A stretch of 64,000 nucleotides of DNA, from assembly GCA_964475245.1 (NCBI GenBank), contig CAYYVV010000007.1, forward strand, positions 13,847-77,846, read 5' to 3'. Shown piece after piece: positions 18,643 to 28,263 of the stretch. The translations under genes were made by a program, and so were the position numbers. How positions within the stretch are numbered: the stretch's first letter is position 1; each line of letters opens with the position of its first letter. The notes beneath the pieces were generated by a model that was given only the letters and a program-made list of their open reading frames with translations, made no database searches and was not told where the DNA came from. The stretch comes from an uncultured Anaerolineaceae bacterium (GTDB lineage Bacteria; Chloroflexota; Limnocylindria; Limnocylindrales; CSP1-4).

Positions 18643-19264
18643 CAACTACAAGCGCGGCCAGGGCGACGAGCTGCTGCTTGGAGTTCGAGCCGCTTGGAAT
18701 CTCGAGGTCGAACCAGCCCGCTCCCTTGAGAACGTCGATCTCGTCGTAGCTGATCGGTGCCGAGTTGCCCGCCTCGTCGGAGTAGTAGGCGGCCCGGTCT
18801 GCGCCGATCTGCTTCAGCGTGGCCGCGCCCAGCTCCCCTTCGCCAGAACCACCGAAGTCGTCGGCGGCATCACTGGCTGTGTCGAACAGGAAGATGTCGA
18901 GCTCGATGCCCCCGTCGTCGGCGGACTCACCGGCATAGACGACGTAGAAATCGCCATCGCCCGACGTTTCGACGGTTGGGGTACCGGCGCCCTTCACGCC
19001 CACGGCGGCGAAGTCGGCCGACGACAGGATGCTTTCGATCTGGACGGTGCCGACGATGGGGCTGCTCGGCGCCTGCGGCGTCGCCGCAACGGGGATCGAC
19101 GATGGCGCTGAAGTCGCAGCCGGTTGCGCCGTTACGGTCGCGCTTGGCCCGCCACCACACGCAGCCCCGATGACCAACGGGAGCAGCATCCCCAGCAACC
19201 GCCGCACGCCGCGGACATTAGGGCGATCAGGCCGGCCGGGCAATGCCCTCGACGGCAGAGGCAA
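18620..19264 (-). CDS. Hypothetical secreted protein or lipoprotein
   Basis: The N-terminus has RR followed by a hydrophobic stretch and a Cys (LLPLVIGAACGG), then an Ala/Pro/Ser-rich linker. An alternative start is ATG 19189. Confidence 0.45.
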   Translation of the reverse strand: MPLPSRALPGRPDRPNVRGVRRLLGMLLPLVIGAACGGGPSATVTAQPAATSAPSSIPVAATPQAPSSPIVGTVQIESILSSADFAAVGVKGAGTPTVETSGDGDFYVVYAGESADDGGIELDIFLFDTASDAADDFGGSGEGELGAATLKQIGADRAAYYSDEAGNSAPISYDEIDVLKGAGWFDLEIPSGSNSKQQLVALAALVVARGGSLF

Positions 19265-19748
19265 AGCCGACGATCAGCTCGTGCGCCAGCGCGTTGCGCG
19301 TCAGAACCGACGCCCGCACCGGGTCCCAGCGCATTGCCAGCATGACCAGCATCGGCCGCTCCCACGGCCGTGCCTCGTCGGCCGCGGCCGGCATGCGCAG
19401 ACGGATCAGCTGGCGGCCGTCTTCCTCGGCGATCAACCCGGAAAGTGCTCCTGCCAGCCGCGGCCCGAGCGCCGCGATCGGCGTTCCCGGCGGCGGCCCT
19501 GCGTGTGGCGCGAGCTGAAGCGCATCGACTATGCCGGCATCATCCGCGACCCACAGGTGCGCCAGCCACCAGCCGTCGTCAGTGACACTCGGTGCGGTCA
19601 TGCCCGCGTGCAGCGGAGGCGCGGCCGCAGCCTGCGGCTCGCGGCCGCGAATCGGCTCCTCCTTGACGAACGACGGCCCCGGCACAGGCAGGCGCGGACT
19701 TGCGCCGGAGTGTCTAACCATCTCCGCCGAGGCGCCTGCTATTCCCAC
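19227..19748 (-). CDS. Hypothetical protein (173 aa)
   Basis: The ORF fills the gap between guaA and the lipoprotein gene on the same strand. There is no recognisable motif, so it could be spurious. Confidence 0.3.
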   Translation of the reverse strand: MGIAGASAEMVRHSGASPRLPVPGPSFVKEEPIRGREPQAAAAPPLHAGMTAPSVTDDGWWLAHLWVADDAGIVDALQLAPHAGPPPGTPIAALGPRLAGALSGLIAEEDGRQLIRLRMPAAADEARPWERPMLVMLAMRWDPVRASVLTRNALAHELIVGFASAVEGIARPA

Positions 19749-21372
19749 TCGATCGTCGCGGGCGGCTTGCTCGAGATGTCGTAGACGACCCGATTTACGC
19801 CCGGAACCTCGTTCACGATGCGCGACGAGATCTTGCCCAGCACGTCGTAGGGCAGCTTGGCCCAGTCGGCGGTCATGCCGTCCTCCGATGTCACGGCGCG
19901 GACGGCGACGACGTTGGCGTACGTCCGACCATCACCCATGACACCGACGCTGCGCACCGGCGTGAGGATGGCGAAGCTCTGCCACAGCGAGCGGTACAGG
20001 CCCGCGGCCTTGATCTCGTCGATCACGATCCAGTCCGCCTCGCGCAGGGTCTCGAGCCGCTCCGCGGTGACCTCGCCGATGATCCGGATCGCCAGGCCGG
20101 GGCCCGGGAACGGCTGGCGCTGGACCATCGTCTCGGGCAGTCCCAGCTCCGTGCCGACGACTCGGACCTCGTCCTTGAACAGGTAGCGCAGCGGCTCGAT
20201 CAGCTTGAAGCGCAGGTCCGCGGGCAGCCCGCCGACGTTGTGGTGGGTCTTGATCTTCTGCGCCGCCTTGGTCTCGGGCGTGGCCGACTCGATCACGTCG
20301 GGGTAGAGCGTGCCCTGGGTGAGGAAGTCGATCTGGCCCATCCTGGCCGATTCCTCTTCGAAGACGCGGATGAACTCGTCGCCGATGATCCGGCGCTTGT
20401 GCTCGGGCTCCTCGACGCCGGCGAGGCGGCGCAGGAAGCGCTCGCGCGCATCGACCATGACCAGGTTCATGCCCAGGTTGCGTTCGAACGTCTCGCGCAG
20501 CAGCTCCGACTCGCGCTTGCGCATCAGGCCGTGGTCGACGTAGATGCACGTCAGCTGATCGCCGACTGCGCGATGGACGAGCGTCGCCGCGACGGCCGAA
20601 TCCACGCCGCCCGACAGCGCGCAGATCACCCGCCCGTCGCCAACCTGCGCGCGGATATCGGCAACCGTCGAGTCGATGAAGCTCTGCGCCGTCCACGACG
20701 GCCGGGCACCGGCAATGCCGAGCACGAAGTTGCGCAATATGTCGCGCCCGGCCGGCGTGTGGACCACCTCGGGGTGGAACTGGATGCCGTACATGCGTCG
20801 GTCGGTGTCGGCCAGGCCGGCAAAAGGTGTCGAAGCAGTGCGCGCCAGCGGTTCGAAGCCCGGCGGCGGGCTGACGATCGAATCGCCGTGGCTCATCCAG
20901 ACTGGTTGCTCGCGGGCGATGCCCCTGAACAGGCCGTCCTCAGTCGTGATCGAGATGACCGCCGGGCCGTACTCGCGCTTCGCGGCCGGCACGACGTCGC
21001 CGCCCAGGTGATGGGCCATGAGCTGGGCGCCGTAGCAGATGCCCAGCACGGGCATCTTTGATTCCGACCAGATGCGTGGATCGGGGTGCGGCGCGCCGTC
21101 CTCGTAGACGCTCATCGGGCCACCGGACAGGATGACGGCGCGCGGCGCGCGGCGCGCAATCTCGTCCCACGGCGTATCGAACGGGAGCAGCTCGCTGTAG
21201 ACATGCAACTCGCGGACGCGGCGGCAGATGAGCTGCGCCGTTTGGCCGCCAAAGTCGAGGACTAAGACGCTGTCGGGCGATTGAGCGTCGTCGTCAGGCG
21301 CACGGTCGGGTGCCGGCGCATCGAGTGCAACCTCGAGGTAAGCCTCCACCTCGGCATCGTCCGGGGCGAGCA
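19739..21372 (-). CDS. guaA: GMP synthase (glutamine-hydrolysing)
   Basis: The GATase domain ([32 protein letters not shown]) is followed by the ATP-PPase domain ([10 protein letters not shown]) and the C-terminal dimerisation domain. The start is uncertain: GTG 21372 was chosen, and the track ORF runs to 21598, overlapping the SnoaL-like gene. Confidence 0.88.
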
Positions 21373-21474
21373 CGCGGTGGCCAGCATTGGCCTGCTCGCC
21401 GTGGACTGTCCTGCCGCGCCCTGATCGCTCGATGTGTCTCCCCTCCGCCTGTCCGGGCAGTCTACCGGCCGCGG

Positions 21475-21927
21475 TCAGTCGCGCGGTTCGATCTCGACCA
21501 TGCCTCTGCGCCACTCGGGCGGCTCGAACTCGGGCGCCCAATACGTCTCGGCGTGCCAGATCCTGTCGTCCTTCATGGTCAGGATCGACACGACCCACCA
21601 GCGCGAGCCGTCGGGGTAACGCGCCCGGCTCACGGTCGTGAAGCGCTCTGGCCCTGACAGGGGCAGGACCGTGTAACCGGGCGAGATCGCCCAGCGCTCC
21701 TCATCACCCAGGATCTTCGCGCGCGCGTCCTCGTAATTCTCCGCGGGCAGCCCACCGGGATACTGCTCGAGCTGGAAGCGGAACGCGGCAAAACCACGGA
21801 AACGCTCGCCTGACTGCGGGTAAACGGCGACGTACTCGGGATGAATCATGTGCTCGAGCGCGGCGTAGTCGTGCTCCGCGATCGCGTTCATGTAGCGCCG
21901 GAAGAAATCCTCCCGCGACTCAGGCAT
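21475..21927 (-). CDS. SnoaL/NTF2-like fold protein
   Basis: About 150 aa. GGAG followed by ATG lies at 21927 ([33 protein letters not shown]...). The long N-terminal extension in the track is rejected. Confidence 0.65.
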   Translation of the reverse strand: MPESREDFFRRYMNAIAEHDYAALEHMIHPEYVAVYPQSGERFRGFAAFRFQLEQYPGGLPAENYEDARAKILGDEERWAISPGYTVLPLSGPERFTTVSRARYPDGSRWWVVSILTMKDDRIWHAETYWAPEFEPPEWRRGMVEIEPRD

Positions 21928-22426
21928 TCCGGACTCCTGTCGCTGTTCGCGCCGGCTCGGCCGGCGCGGCAATGGCGCTCCTGGCAGTCGACAGTCGGGC
22001 CGCCTCACGTGGCGAGAACGAACGATGCAGCAAGAGTGCTGTGGCCGCGTGGTGCTCCTCGAGCACCTTGTGCAGCACGGCCTTGCGCACCAGCACGGGC
22101 AGCTTGTCGTCGCGCTGCGCCTGTTCGTAACCAGCGTGGGCCATGTACGCCTTGACGATCGTCTCGAGCTCGTCGGCGTGCAGCCAGGTCGCCAGCTCGG
22201 GCAACAGCACATCGAACGACGCGCGGCGCAACGGCTGGAAGACCAGGTGCTGCTCGGCGACGTTGATGTCGATCTCGTTCATGGTCAGCTCGAAGTAGAC
22301 GGCACGCGCGGCATTGCGCGACTGGCGCTCGGCCTGACGGCGCTGCATGTAGATGCCGACCAACAGCCAGCCAGCCGCCCCAAAGAAGGCGCCGACCGCA
22401 GCGGTCATGAGGGCGTCGAAGCTCAC
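21920..22426 (-). CDS. Hypothetical membrane-anchored protein
   Basis: N-terminal TM (AAVGAFFGAAGWLLVGIYM). It overlaps the SnoaL-like start by 8 nt. Confidence 0.45.
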   Translation of the reverse strand: MSFDALMTAAVGAFFGAAGWLLVGIYMQRRQAERQSRNAARAVYFELTMNEIDINVAEQHLVFQPLRRASFDVLLPELATWLHADELETIVKAYMAHAGYEQAQRDDKLPVLVRKAVLHKVLEEHHAATALLLHRSFSPREAARLSTARSAIAAPAEPARTATGVRNA

Positions 22427-22529
22427 CGCCAGATCCTACGCACCGACCGAGCGACCGACCACAGGATTCTGAGTTTCGCGCGACCAGTTCGACGGCGAAT
22501 CACCTGACCACCTGCCTCACAGTGGCGAC

Positions 22530-23090
22530 GTGAGGACGCGCGTTTGTCCAGCGGCCAGCCGCGTGGGCGTGCTCGTCGAGCAGCTGCCGCTTGCACTCGT
22601 CACCCTTGCCCTGATCGCCTGTTCCGCCCTCTCGTCCTCCTACTTCGCTCAGCCGTCGTCGTTCTCCGAGAGCGATCCCGCGACAGCGGGGACGGTGGTC
22701 TATGCCGGCGTGGCGAGCCTCGATATACAACCTGGTGACTCGATTCGCTTTGTCAGGCTCGAGAACGTTGATCCCGCGGTGACGGATGTCCTGATCGGCC
22801 GCCTGGCCGATACGGACGCCGCCCTGGGGATGGCTCGCGAATCGGAGATGACCGCGAGCGACCTCGCCTCGCTGCACGACCTGGAGGGAGCCCAGTACTC
22901 ATCAAGCGACGGGCCTGTGCAGATCGCGTTGAAGATCCTGACGCCCGAGCACGATGTCAACGTGGTCTCTCCGATGCTCGTTTTCGAGATCAACGGAGGT
23001 CCCGACCAGCGAGAGCCACTTCTCGCTGCGGTCCGGGTGTGCTCAACAGCCAGCGACGTGACGGAATGCGACGCCCCTTCGCCGACGTGA
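22530..23090 (+). CDS. Hypothetical secreted protein or lipoprotein
   Basis: The N-terminus is hydrophobic with LALIAC. It is a + strand ORF set in a - strand neighbourhood. Confidence 0.4.
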   Translation: MRTRVCPAASRVGVLVEQLPLALVTLALIACSALSSSYFAQPSSFSESDPATAGTVVYAGVASLDIQPGDSIRFVRLENVDPAVTDVLIGRLADTDAALGMARESEMTASDLASLHDLEGAQYSSSDGPVQIALKILTPEHDVNVVSPMLVFEINGGPDQREPLLAAVRVCSTASDVTECDAPSPT

Positions 23091-23098
23091 GTGATCCC

Positions 23099-23389
23099 TC
23101 ACGAGCGAGCGCCGCTGGCCGTCTCGAGTCGGAAGGCAGGCCCGCGGCCGAGGCGCTCGGCGGGCGTGCCGTACTTGAGGATGAGCGCGCTGATCGCGTC
23201 GTTCCGCTCGGCGTCGTGGAGCTCGCGCGCCACGTACCGCGTCGTCAGCTCGCCGACCAGCGCGCTGCAGCGCGCGTCAGATCGGAGGTTGAGCGCCCAG
23301 TCGGCGTCCTCGCTTCCGGCGGCGACAAGAAGGCTGTCGTCTGCCTGCTCGACGAAACCCACCGCGGTTGTCGTCGGGTGGCCGGTCAC
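23099..23389 (-). CDS. DUF385 / deazaflavin (F420)-dependent nitroreductase-family protein, apparently N-terminally truncated
   Basis: TGHPTTTAVGFVEQADDSLLVAAGS...WALNLRSDARCSALVG matches the family core (TTTGRKSGKPRTTPV...DGDRLVV...NPxV). The reading frame continues upstream to the TGA stop of the preceding gene with no ATG. Confidence 0.5.
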   Translation of the reverse strand: MTGHPTTTAVGFVEQADDSLLVAAGSEDADWALNLRSDARCSALVGELTTRYVARELHDAERNDAISALILKYGTPAERLGRGPAFRLETASGARS

Positions 23390-23463
23390 TCGGCCGCGCG
23401 TCTCGATCAGGGCGACCTTGCCCCACGCGGCGAGCTCCTCGCCGATCTCGTCGCGCGGTCCGG

Positions 23464-24624
23464 TCAGCGCGAGGCGCCTCGCTGCCAGGACTTGCCCTCG
23501 ACCGCAACGGCGGGTGCGTAGACCATCTCGGCCCGTTGCATGGCCCTGATGTCGCGCGCGCCGAGTGCGGCCATCGACTGGCGCAGCGCGCCGACGAGGT
23601 TCTGCGTGCCGTCGGTCACGTCGGCTGGTCCGAACAGGATCTTCTCCAGTGGACCGACCGTGCCGACGGCGATGCGCGTTCCGCGCGGCAGCGTCGGCGA
23701 AGGCGCGGCCATGCCCCAGTTCGTGCCCCTGCCTGGTGCTTCGGCGGCCCGGGCGAGCGGCGAGCCGAGCATGACCAGGTCCGCGCCGGCGGCGATTGCC
23801 TTGGCCAGCTCGCCGCCGCGGCGCATGCCACCGTCGGCGACGACGGGCACGTAGCGCCCGCTCTGCTCGTAGTAGTCGTCGCGCGCCGCGGCAACGTCCG
23901 CCACGGCCGTGATCTGCGGCACGCCGATGCCCAGGACGTCGCGCGTCGTGCAGGCCGCGCCGGGGCCGACGCCGACGAACACGGCCGCGGCACCCTGGCG
24001 CATCAGCTCAATGGCCGCCTCGTACGAGGTCGTGTTGCCGACCGCGACGGGAATTGGCATGAAGCGTGTGAACTCCTCCAGCGAGAGCGCCTCGTAACCC
24101 GATGCGATGTGGCGCGCCGACGAGACCTGCGACTGGACGAGGAACGCGTCGGCGCCGTGCTCGGCGGACAACGGGCCAAGCCTGCGCGCCGCGGCCGGCG
24201 TCGCGGCCACCACCGCTGGCGCGCCGGTGGCCAGGATCTCTGCGATGCGGCGCGCGACCAGCTGGTCTGAGATAGGTGTCGCGTAGGCCTCTGCCAGCGC
24301 GGCCTGGACCTCGTCCGCGGGCAGGGTCGCGATGCGCTCGAGAACGGGCGCCGGATCCTCGAAACGGGTCTGGAGACCCTCGAGATTGAGCACGGCCACG
24401 CCGCCGAAGCCGGCCAGCAGGCCGCACATCTGTGGGTCGACAACGGCATCCATGGCCGCGGCGAGGATCGGGACTGATAGGCGGAGGCCGCAGAACTCGA
24501 CGCCCAGATCGACGTCGACCGGATCGAGGGTCTCCGTGCCCGGTGCGAGCGAGACCTCATCGAAGCCGTAAGTCGGGCGCAGGCGGTCCGTCTTCGACGG
24601 TCTGCGAGGCGTCATCTCGGCCAT
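23464..24624 (-). CDS. IMP dehydrogenase-family protein without CBS insert (GuaB3-like)
   Basis: TIM-barrel IMPDH-like sequence (GVGPGAACTTRDVLGIGVPQITAV, VVADGGMRRGGELAKA). The start is at MAEMTPRRPSKTDRLRPTYGFDEVSLAPG. Confidence 0.85.
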   Translation of the reverse strand: MAEMTPRRPSKTDRLRPTYGFDEVSLAPGTETLDPVDVDLGVEFCGLRLSVPILAAAMDAVVDPQMCGLLAGFGGVAVLNLEGLQTRFEDPAPVLERIATLPADEVQAALAEAYATPISDQLVARRIAEILATGAPAVVAATPAAARRLGPLSAEHGADAFLVQSQVSSARHIASGYEALSLEEFTRFMPIPVAVGNTTSYEAAIELMRQGAAAVFVGVGPGAACTTRDVLGIGVPQITAVADVAAARDDYYEQSGRYVPVVADGGMRRGGELAKAIAAGADLVMLGSPLARAAEAPGRGTNWGMAAPSPTLPRGTRIAVGTVGPLEKILFGPADVTDGTQNLVGALRQSMAALGARDIRAMQRAEMVYAPAVAVEGKSWQRGASR

Positions 24625-24740
24625 CGGCTCAATACTTTCGACGGGTACGACGCTACCGATGGTCACGACGATCAGGTCCTCCACGCGGCTTGCGCTCTCC
24701 CGACCGAGCGCCACTCAACAAGTCCGGGCAGTATACCGGG

Positions 24741-25736
24741 GTGCCCCCATCAGAAGCCCCCTCACTGGTCAGCGTCGAGGACGTACGAAAAGCCGCGCAG
24801 CGCATCCGTGGCGTCGCCGTGCGCACGCCACTGCTCCGCTTCCGTGACGCTGGATTCGTCAAGCCGGAGTGCCTTCAGCCGACCGGCTCGTTCAAGATCC
24901 GCGGGGCATACAACACGCTGTCGCAACTATCCGCCGAGCAGAGGCAACGCGGCATCGTCGCCCACTCGAGCGGCAACCACGCCCAGGCGGTCGCTCTCGC
25001 GGCGCGGCTGCTGGGCATCCGCGCCGTCGTCGTCATGCCCGACAACGCGCCACAGGTCAAGGTCGACGGCGTGCGCCGCTACGGCGGCGAGATCGTCTTC
25101 GTCGGCCCGGCCAATACGGAGCGCGTCCAGCGCGCACACGAGATCGCCGACGCGGAGGGCCTCGAGCTCGTCTCGTCGGCCGATGACCGACGCGTCGTCG
25201 CCGGCCAGGGCACGGTCGGCCTGGAGATCGTCGAGCAACTCGATGAGATGGCCGGTCGCGACGCGGCCGAACCGCTGACCGTCCTCGTCCCGGTCGGCCT
25301 GGGCGGCCTGGCCGCTGGAGTGGCGCTGACCGTGAAGTCGCTCCGGCCCAACGCGCACGTGTGGGGCGTCGAGCCGGAGCTCGCCGCCGACACGCACGAC
25401 TCGCTGGCGGCCGGCGAGCGGACGCCGTGGCCGACGGACAAAGTTAGCCGGACGATCGCCGACGGCCTGCGCGGCGAGGCGCCGGCACCGATCCCGTTCG
25501 CACACCTGAAGCGCTACCTCGACGGTGTCGTGCTCGTGCGCGAGAACGAGATCGAGCAGGCGATGGCCGTCGCCGCGCACGAGCTGAAGCTCGTTCTAGA
25601 ACCGTCCGGCGCGGTATCGCTCGCCGGCCTCGTCGCTCACGCGAGCGAGCTGCCGCAGGGTCGCTTCGTCGCCGTTCTGACCGGCGGCAACGTGGACATG
25701 AGGAGCTATCTCGAATTCCTGGGTCGATGGACCTGA
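24741..25736 (+). CDS. PLP-dependent threonine/serine dehydratase
   Basis: TPLLRF...GSFKIRGA (PLP lysine motif) and SSGNHAQAVA. A GTG start was chosen at 24741. The track ORF's 5' part overlaps the opposite-strand gene. Confidence 0.8.
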   Translation: MPPSEAPSLVSVEDVRKAAQRIRGVAVRTPLLRFRDAGFVKPECLQPTGSFKIRGAYNTLSQLSAEQRQRGIVAHSSGNHAQAVALAARLLGIRAVVVMPDNAPQVKVDGVRRYGGEIVFVGPANTERVQRAHEIADAEGLELVSSADDRRVVAGQGTVGLEIVEQLDEMAGRDAAEPLTVLVPVGLGGLAAGVALTVKSLRPNAHVWGVEPELAADTHDSLAAGERTPWPTDKVSRTIADGLRGEAPAPIPFAHLKRYLDGVVLVRENEIEQAMAVAAHELKLVLEPSGAVSLAGLVAHASELPQGRFVAVLTGGNVDMRSYLEFLGRWT

Positions 25737-26809
25737 CCAGATATACCGCGGGTTGCCCGCGTTCTATCATCGGCCGCATGTCTCGGCCCGATTCTGTCGA
25801 TCCGCGAATGACCCTGCTCGACGCCGCCCGCATCGTGGCGCGCGGCAGTGAGCTGGACACGAAGCTTGACGCGCTGTGCGGCCACGTCCTGGACGCCGCG
25901 GGTGCGGCTGCCGCCGCCGTGTACCTCCTGGATCCGGTCTCGGCCATCCTCGTGCCGGCCGCCCAGGCCGGTCTCGACCCGAACCTTCTCGCGCAGCAGG
26001 GCCAGATCGCGGTCGATGATCCGGACGAGCTGGTGGCCAAGGTGGTGCGCGAGCGAAAGGCAATGACGGCGCTGGGCGCGGACGCCGCGCGCGGCTTCAG
26101 CGGCCAGCACATCGAGTGGCACGGACTCATCGCACTGCCCTTGATCGCGGCCGGCGACGCCGGGGGTGAGGACGCCGAGGGTGCGCTCGTGGCGATGTTC
26201 GAGAAGGCGCCGCCCGATCCGCAGAACCCGGAGAACATGCTCACTGCCCTGGCCGACCTGTGCGCGGTGGCGATCCACCAGGCCCGGCTCGAGAGCGCGC
26301 TGATGGAGAGGTCCGACTGGATCGGCAGGCTCGCCTCGACCGACTCCCTGACGGGCCTCGCCAACCGGGTCACGTTCGAGCGCATGCTCGAGCTCGAGAT
26401 CGCGCGCGCCACGCGCCAGGAGACACAGGTCAGCGTCCTGCTCTTCGATGTCGACGGCTTTGCCGAGATCAACAAGCTCGGCGGCGCTCCTGCCGGCGAC
26501 GAGGTCCTGCGCCATGTCGCCGCGACGCTCGCCGACGAAGTGCGCCTCGTTGACACCGTCGCGCGCTTCGGCCCTGACGAGTTCGCCCTGATCGCGCCCG
26601 GCGGGGCGGGTCAGATCGCCGGCCGCCGGGTGCGCGACGCGTTGCTCGGCCACGAGTCGGTCAGCGGCCCGATCAGCATCAGCGTCGGTGCCGCGATCTA
26701 CCCGATCGACGGTGCAACCAGCGAAGGGCTCCTGGACGCCGCCACGCGCGCCCTGGCCGAGGCCAAGCGGCGCGGCCGCGGCTCGATCTTCGTCGCCAGC
26801 GGCGCCTAG
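25727..26809 (+). CDS. GAF-GGDEF protein (diguanylate cyclase-like). The active-site motif reads GPDEF rather than GG(D/E)EF.
   Basis: N-terminal GAF. C-terminal GGDEF fold (DSLTGLANR ... RFGPDEFALIAPG). An alternative start is ATG 25778. Confidence 0.8.
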   Translation: MDLTRYTAGCPRSIIGRMSRPDSVDPRMTLLDAARIVARGSELDTKLDALCGHVLDAAGAAAAAVYLLDPVSAILVPAAQAGLDPNLLAQQGQIAVDDPDELVAKVVRERKAMTALGADAARGFSGQHIEWHGLIALPLIAAGDAGGEDAEGALVAMFEKAPPDPQNPENMLTALADLCAVAIHQARLESALMERSDWIGRLASTDSLTGLANRVTFERMLELEIARATRQETQVSVLLFDVDGFAEINKLGGAPAGDEVLRHVAATLADEVRLVDTVARFGPDEFALIAPGGAGQIAGRRVRDALLGHESVSGPISISVGAAIYPIDGATSEGLLDAATRALAEAKRRGRGSIFVASGA

Positions 26810-26812
26810 CTT

Positions 26813-27463
26813 CTAATCGCCGAGAAGGTCGGCCACGGCCGACCAGACCGCCTCGGCCACTGACTCCGGGCTGGACGAACCGTCAACCACTCGCCAGCGC
26901 TCCGGCTCCTGCCGCGCCAGCTCGAGATAGCCCTGCCGAACGCGCTCGTGGAACGTGGCGCCGTGCTCGTCGGTGTCCGTTTCGAAGCGCGTCAGATCGG
27001 CGCTCGATCCGGTCTGGCGGCGCTCCAGGCCGGCGGCAACCGACAGGTCGACCAGGATCGTCCTGTCAGGCACGATCTCGCCAATCGCGATGAGCTTCAG
27101 CTCGCGCAGCCGCTCGAGGGGAACTCCGCCGCCATAGCCCTGGTAGGCGAGGGTCGAATCGGAGAATCGATCGCAAACGACGAGGGTGCCTCGCGCGAGC
27201 GCCGGCCCGATCACCTCGCTCACCTGGCGCGATCGCGCGGCGTTGAACAGCAGCGCGTCGCTGAGCGCGTCGTGCGATCCGTCCGGCGCGTACATGAGCA
27301 CGTCGCGGATCCGCTCGCCGAGCGCCGTCCCGCCCGGCTCCCTGGTCAGCACGACTTCGCGACCAGCTGCCCGAATGCGCTCGGCGAGCATCCGCGCCTG
27401 GGTGCTCTTGCCCGCGCCGTCGGGGCCTTCGAGGGTGATGAAGATGCCGCTCGCGCGGCTCAA
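26813..27463 (-). CDS. tmk: Thymidylate kinase
   Basis: The P-loop LEGPDGAGKST and DRF/LID region are present. 216 aa. Confidence 0.9.
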   Translation of the reverse strand: MSRASGIFITLEGPDGAGKSTQARMLAERIRAAGREVVLTREPGGTALGERIRDVLMYAPDGSHDALSDALLFNAARSRQVSEVIGPALARGTLVVCDRFSDSTLAYQGYGGGVPLERLRELKLIAIGEIVPDRTILVDLSVAAGLERRQTGSSADLTRFETDTDEHGATFHERVRQGYLELARQEPERWRVVDGSSSPESVAEAVWSAVADLLGD

Positions 27464-28263
27464 CTGGAGGTGGCCAGGTTGCCGATGATGATCGGCGTGC
27501 TGGTCGGCTGGTCGGAGCCACCAGTTGGCTCGAGCGTGAAGGCCACGACATCCGTTCCCGCCATCGGCTGCATGCCCGAGCCGATCAGCTCGCCATCAGG
27601 CCCGACGTCCATGACACCGGCCGAGGACGCCTTGCCACCGACGATGTACCAGCCCTGGTAGGTCATGCCGCTCGGCGCAGCCGGCAGGTCCGTGAGGACG
27701 ACGTAGCCGCCACCCGACTGGGGGAAGGCGGCGAAGCCGCGCGCGCCCTGGGCCGTGCCACTGCCGTGCAGGATGGCGACCTGTGATCCCGGCGCGGCCA
27801 TCGCCGCGACCGCCTGTGCCAGTTGCTGGGCGCGTCGATTGGCCTGGTCCGCTTGGCTGCTCTGGCCGACGGCCCAGACGCCGACGACTGCCAGGATGAG
27901 CACCGCTGCGACGGCCGTTGCCCAGCCTGCCCAGGTTGGCATTCGCCAAGTCGGCGCGTGCGCCGGAGCCTGGGTCGCCGGTTCGGGCCGCACACGCCGC
28001 TGCAGGGCAGCCGCCGGTAGAGCCGGCTGAGGCGCACCCAAGTCGGAACGGTAGGCATCGAGGACCTTCGCCTTGAGCTCCACCGGCGCAGCCAGTGGTG
28101 CGGCGAGCGTGGCCAGCGCCGGCGTCACGCCGCCGAGCTCGTCGAACTCGGCGTGGTCGAGCGTGCATGTGCGCAGGTGGGCGTCCACCTCTGCTCGTTC
28201 GTCGGGCGTGAGCGCGTCGAGGACGTACAGGCCACTGAGCTCGATTGCCTCGTCGTGCGTCAT
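27460..28263 (-). CDS. Anti-sigma factor, RskA-like (anti-sigma-K family): N-terminal cytoplasmic domain, one TM, extracytoplasmic C-terminal domain
   Basis: LSGLYVLDALTPDERAEVDAHL is an anti-sigma N-terminal motif. A TM helix follows, then a C-terminal RskA-like domain. There are 4-nt overlaps with both the sigma gene and tmk. Confidence 0.75.
   Translation of the reverse strand: MTHDEAIELSGLYVLDALTPDERAEVDAHLRTCTLDHAEFDELGGVTPALATLAAPLAAPVELKAKVLDAYRSDLGAPQPALPAAALQRRVRPEPATQAPAHAPTWRMPTWAGWATAVAAVLILAVVGVWAVGQSSQADQANRRAQQLAQAVAAMAAPGSQVAILHGSGTAQGARGFAAFPQSGGGYVVLTDLPAAPSGMTYQGWYIVGGKASSAGVMDVGPDGELIGSGMQPMAGTDVVAFTLEPTGGSDQPTSTPIIIGNLATSS

Noticed and set aside
24432-24740. N-terminal 100-aa extension of the dehydratase ORF, and similar 5' extensions of the pdxS, GNAT (36769-38280), GT4 and guaA ORFs
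   Set aside because: The extensions overlap neighbouring genes and are low-complexity. Starts were placed where the conserved domains begin and where translational-coupling overlaps (ATGA / GTGA) occur.
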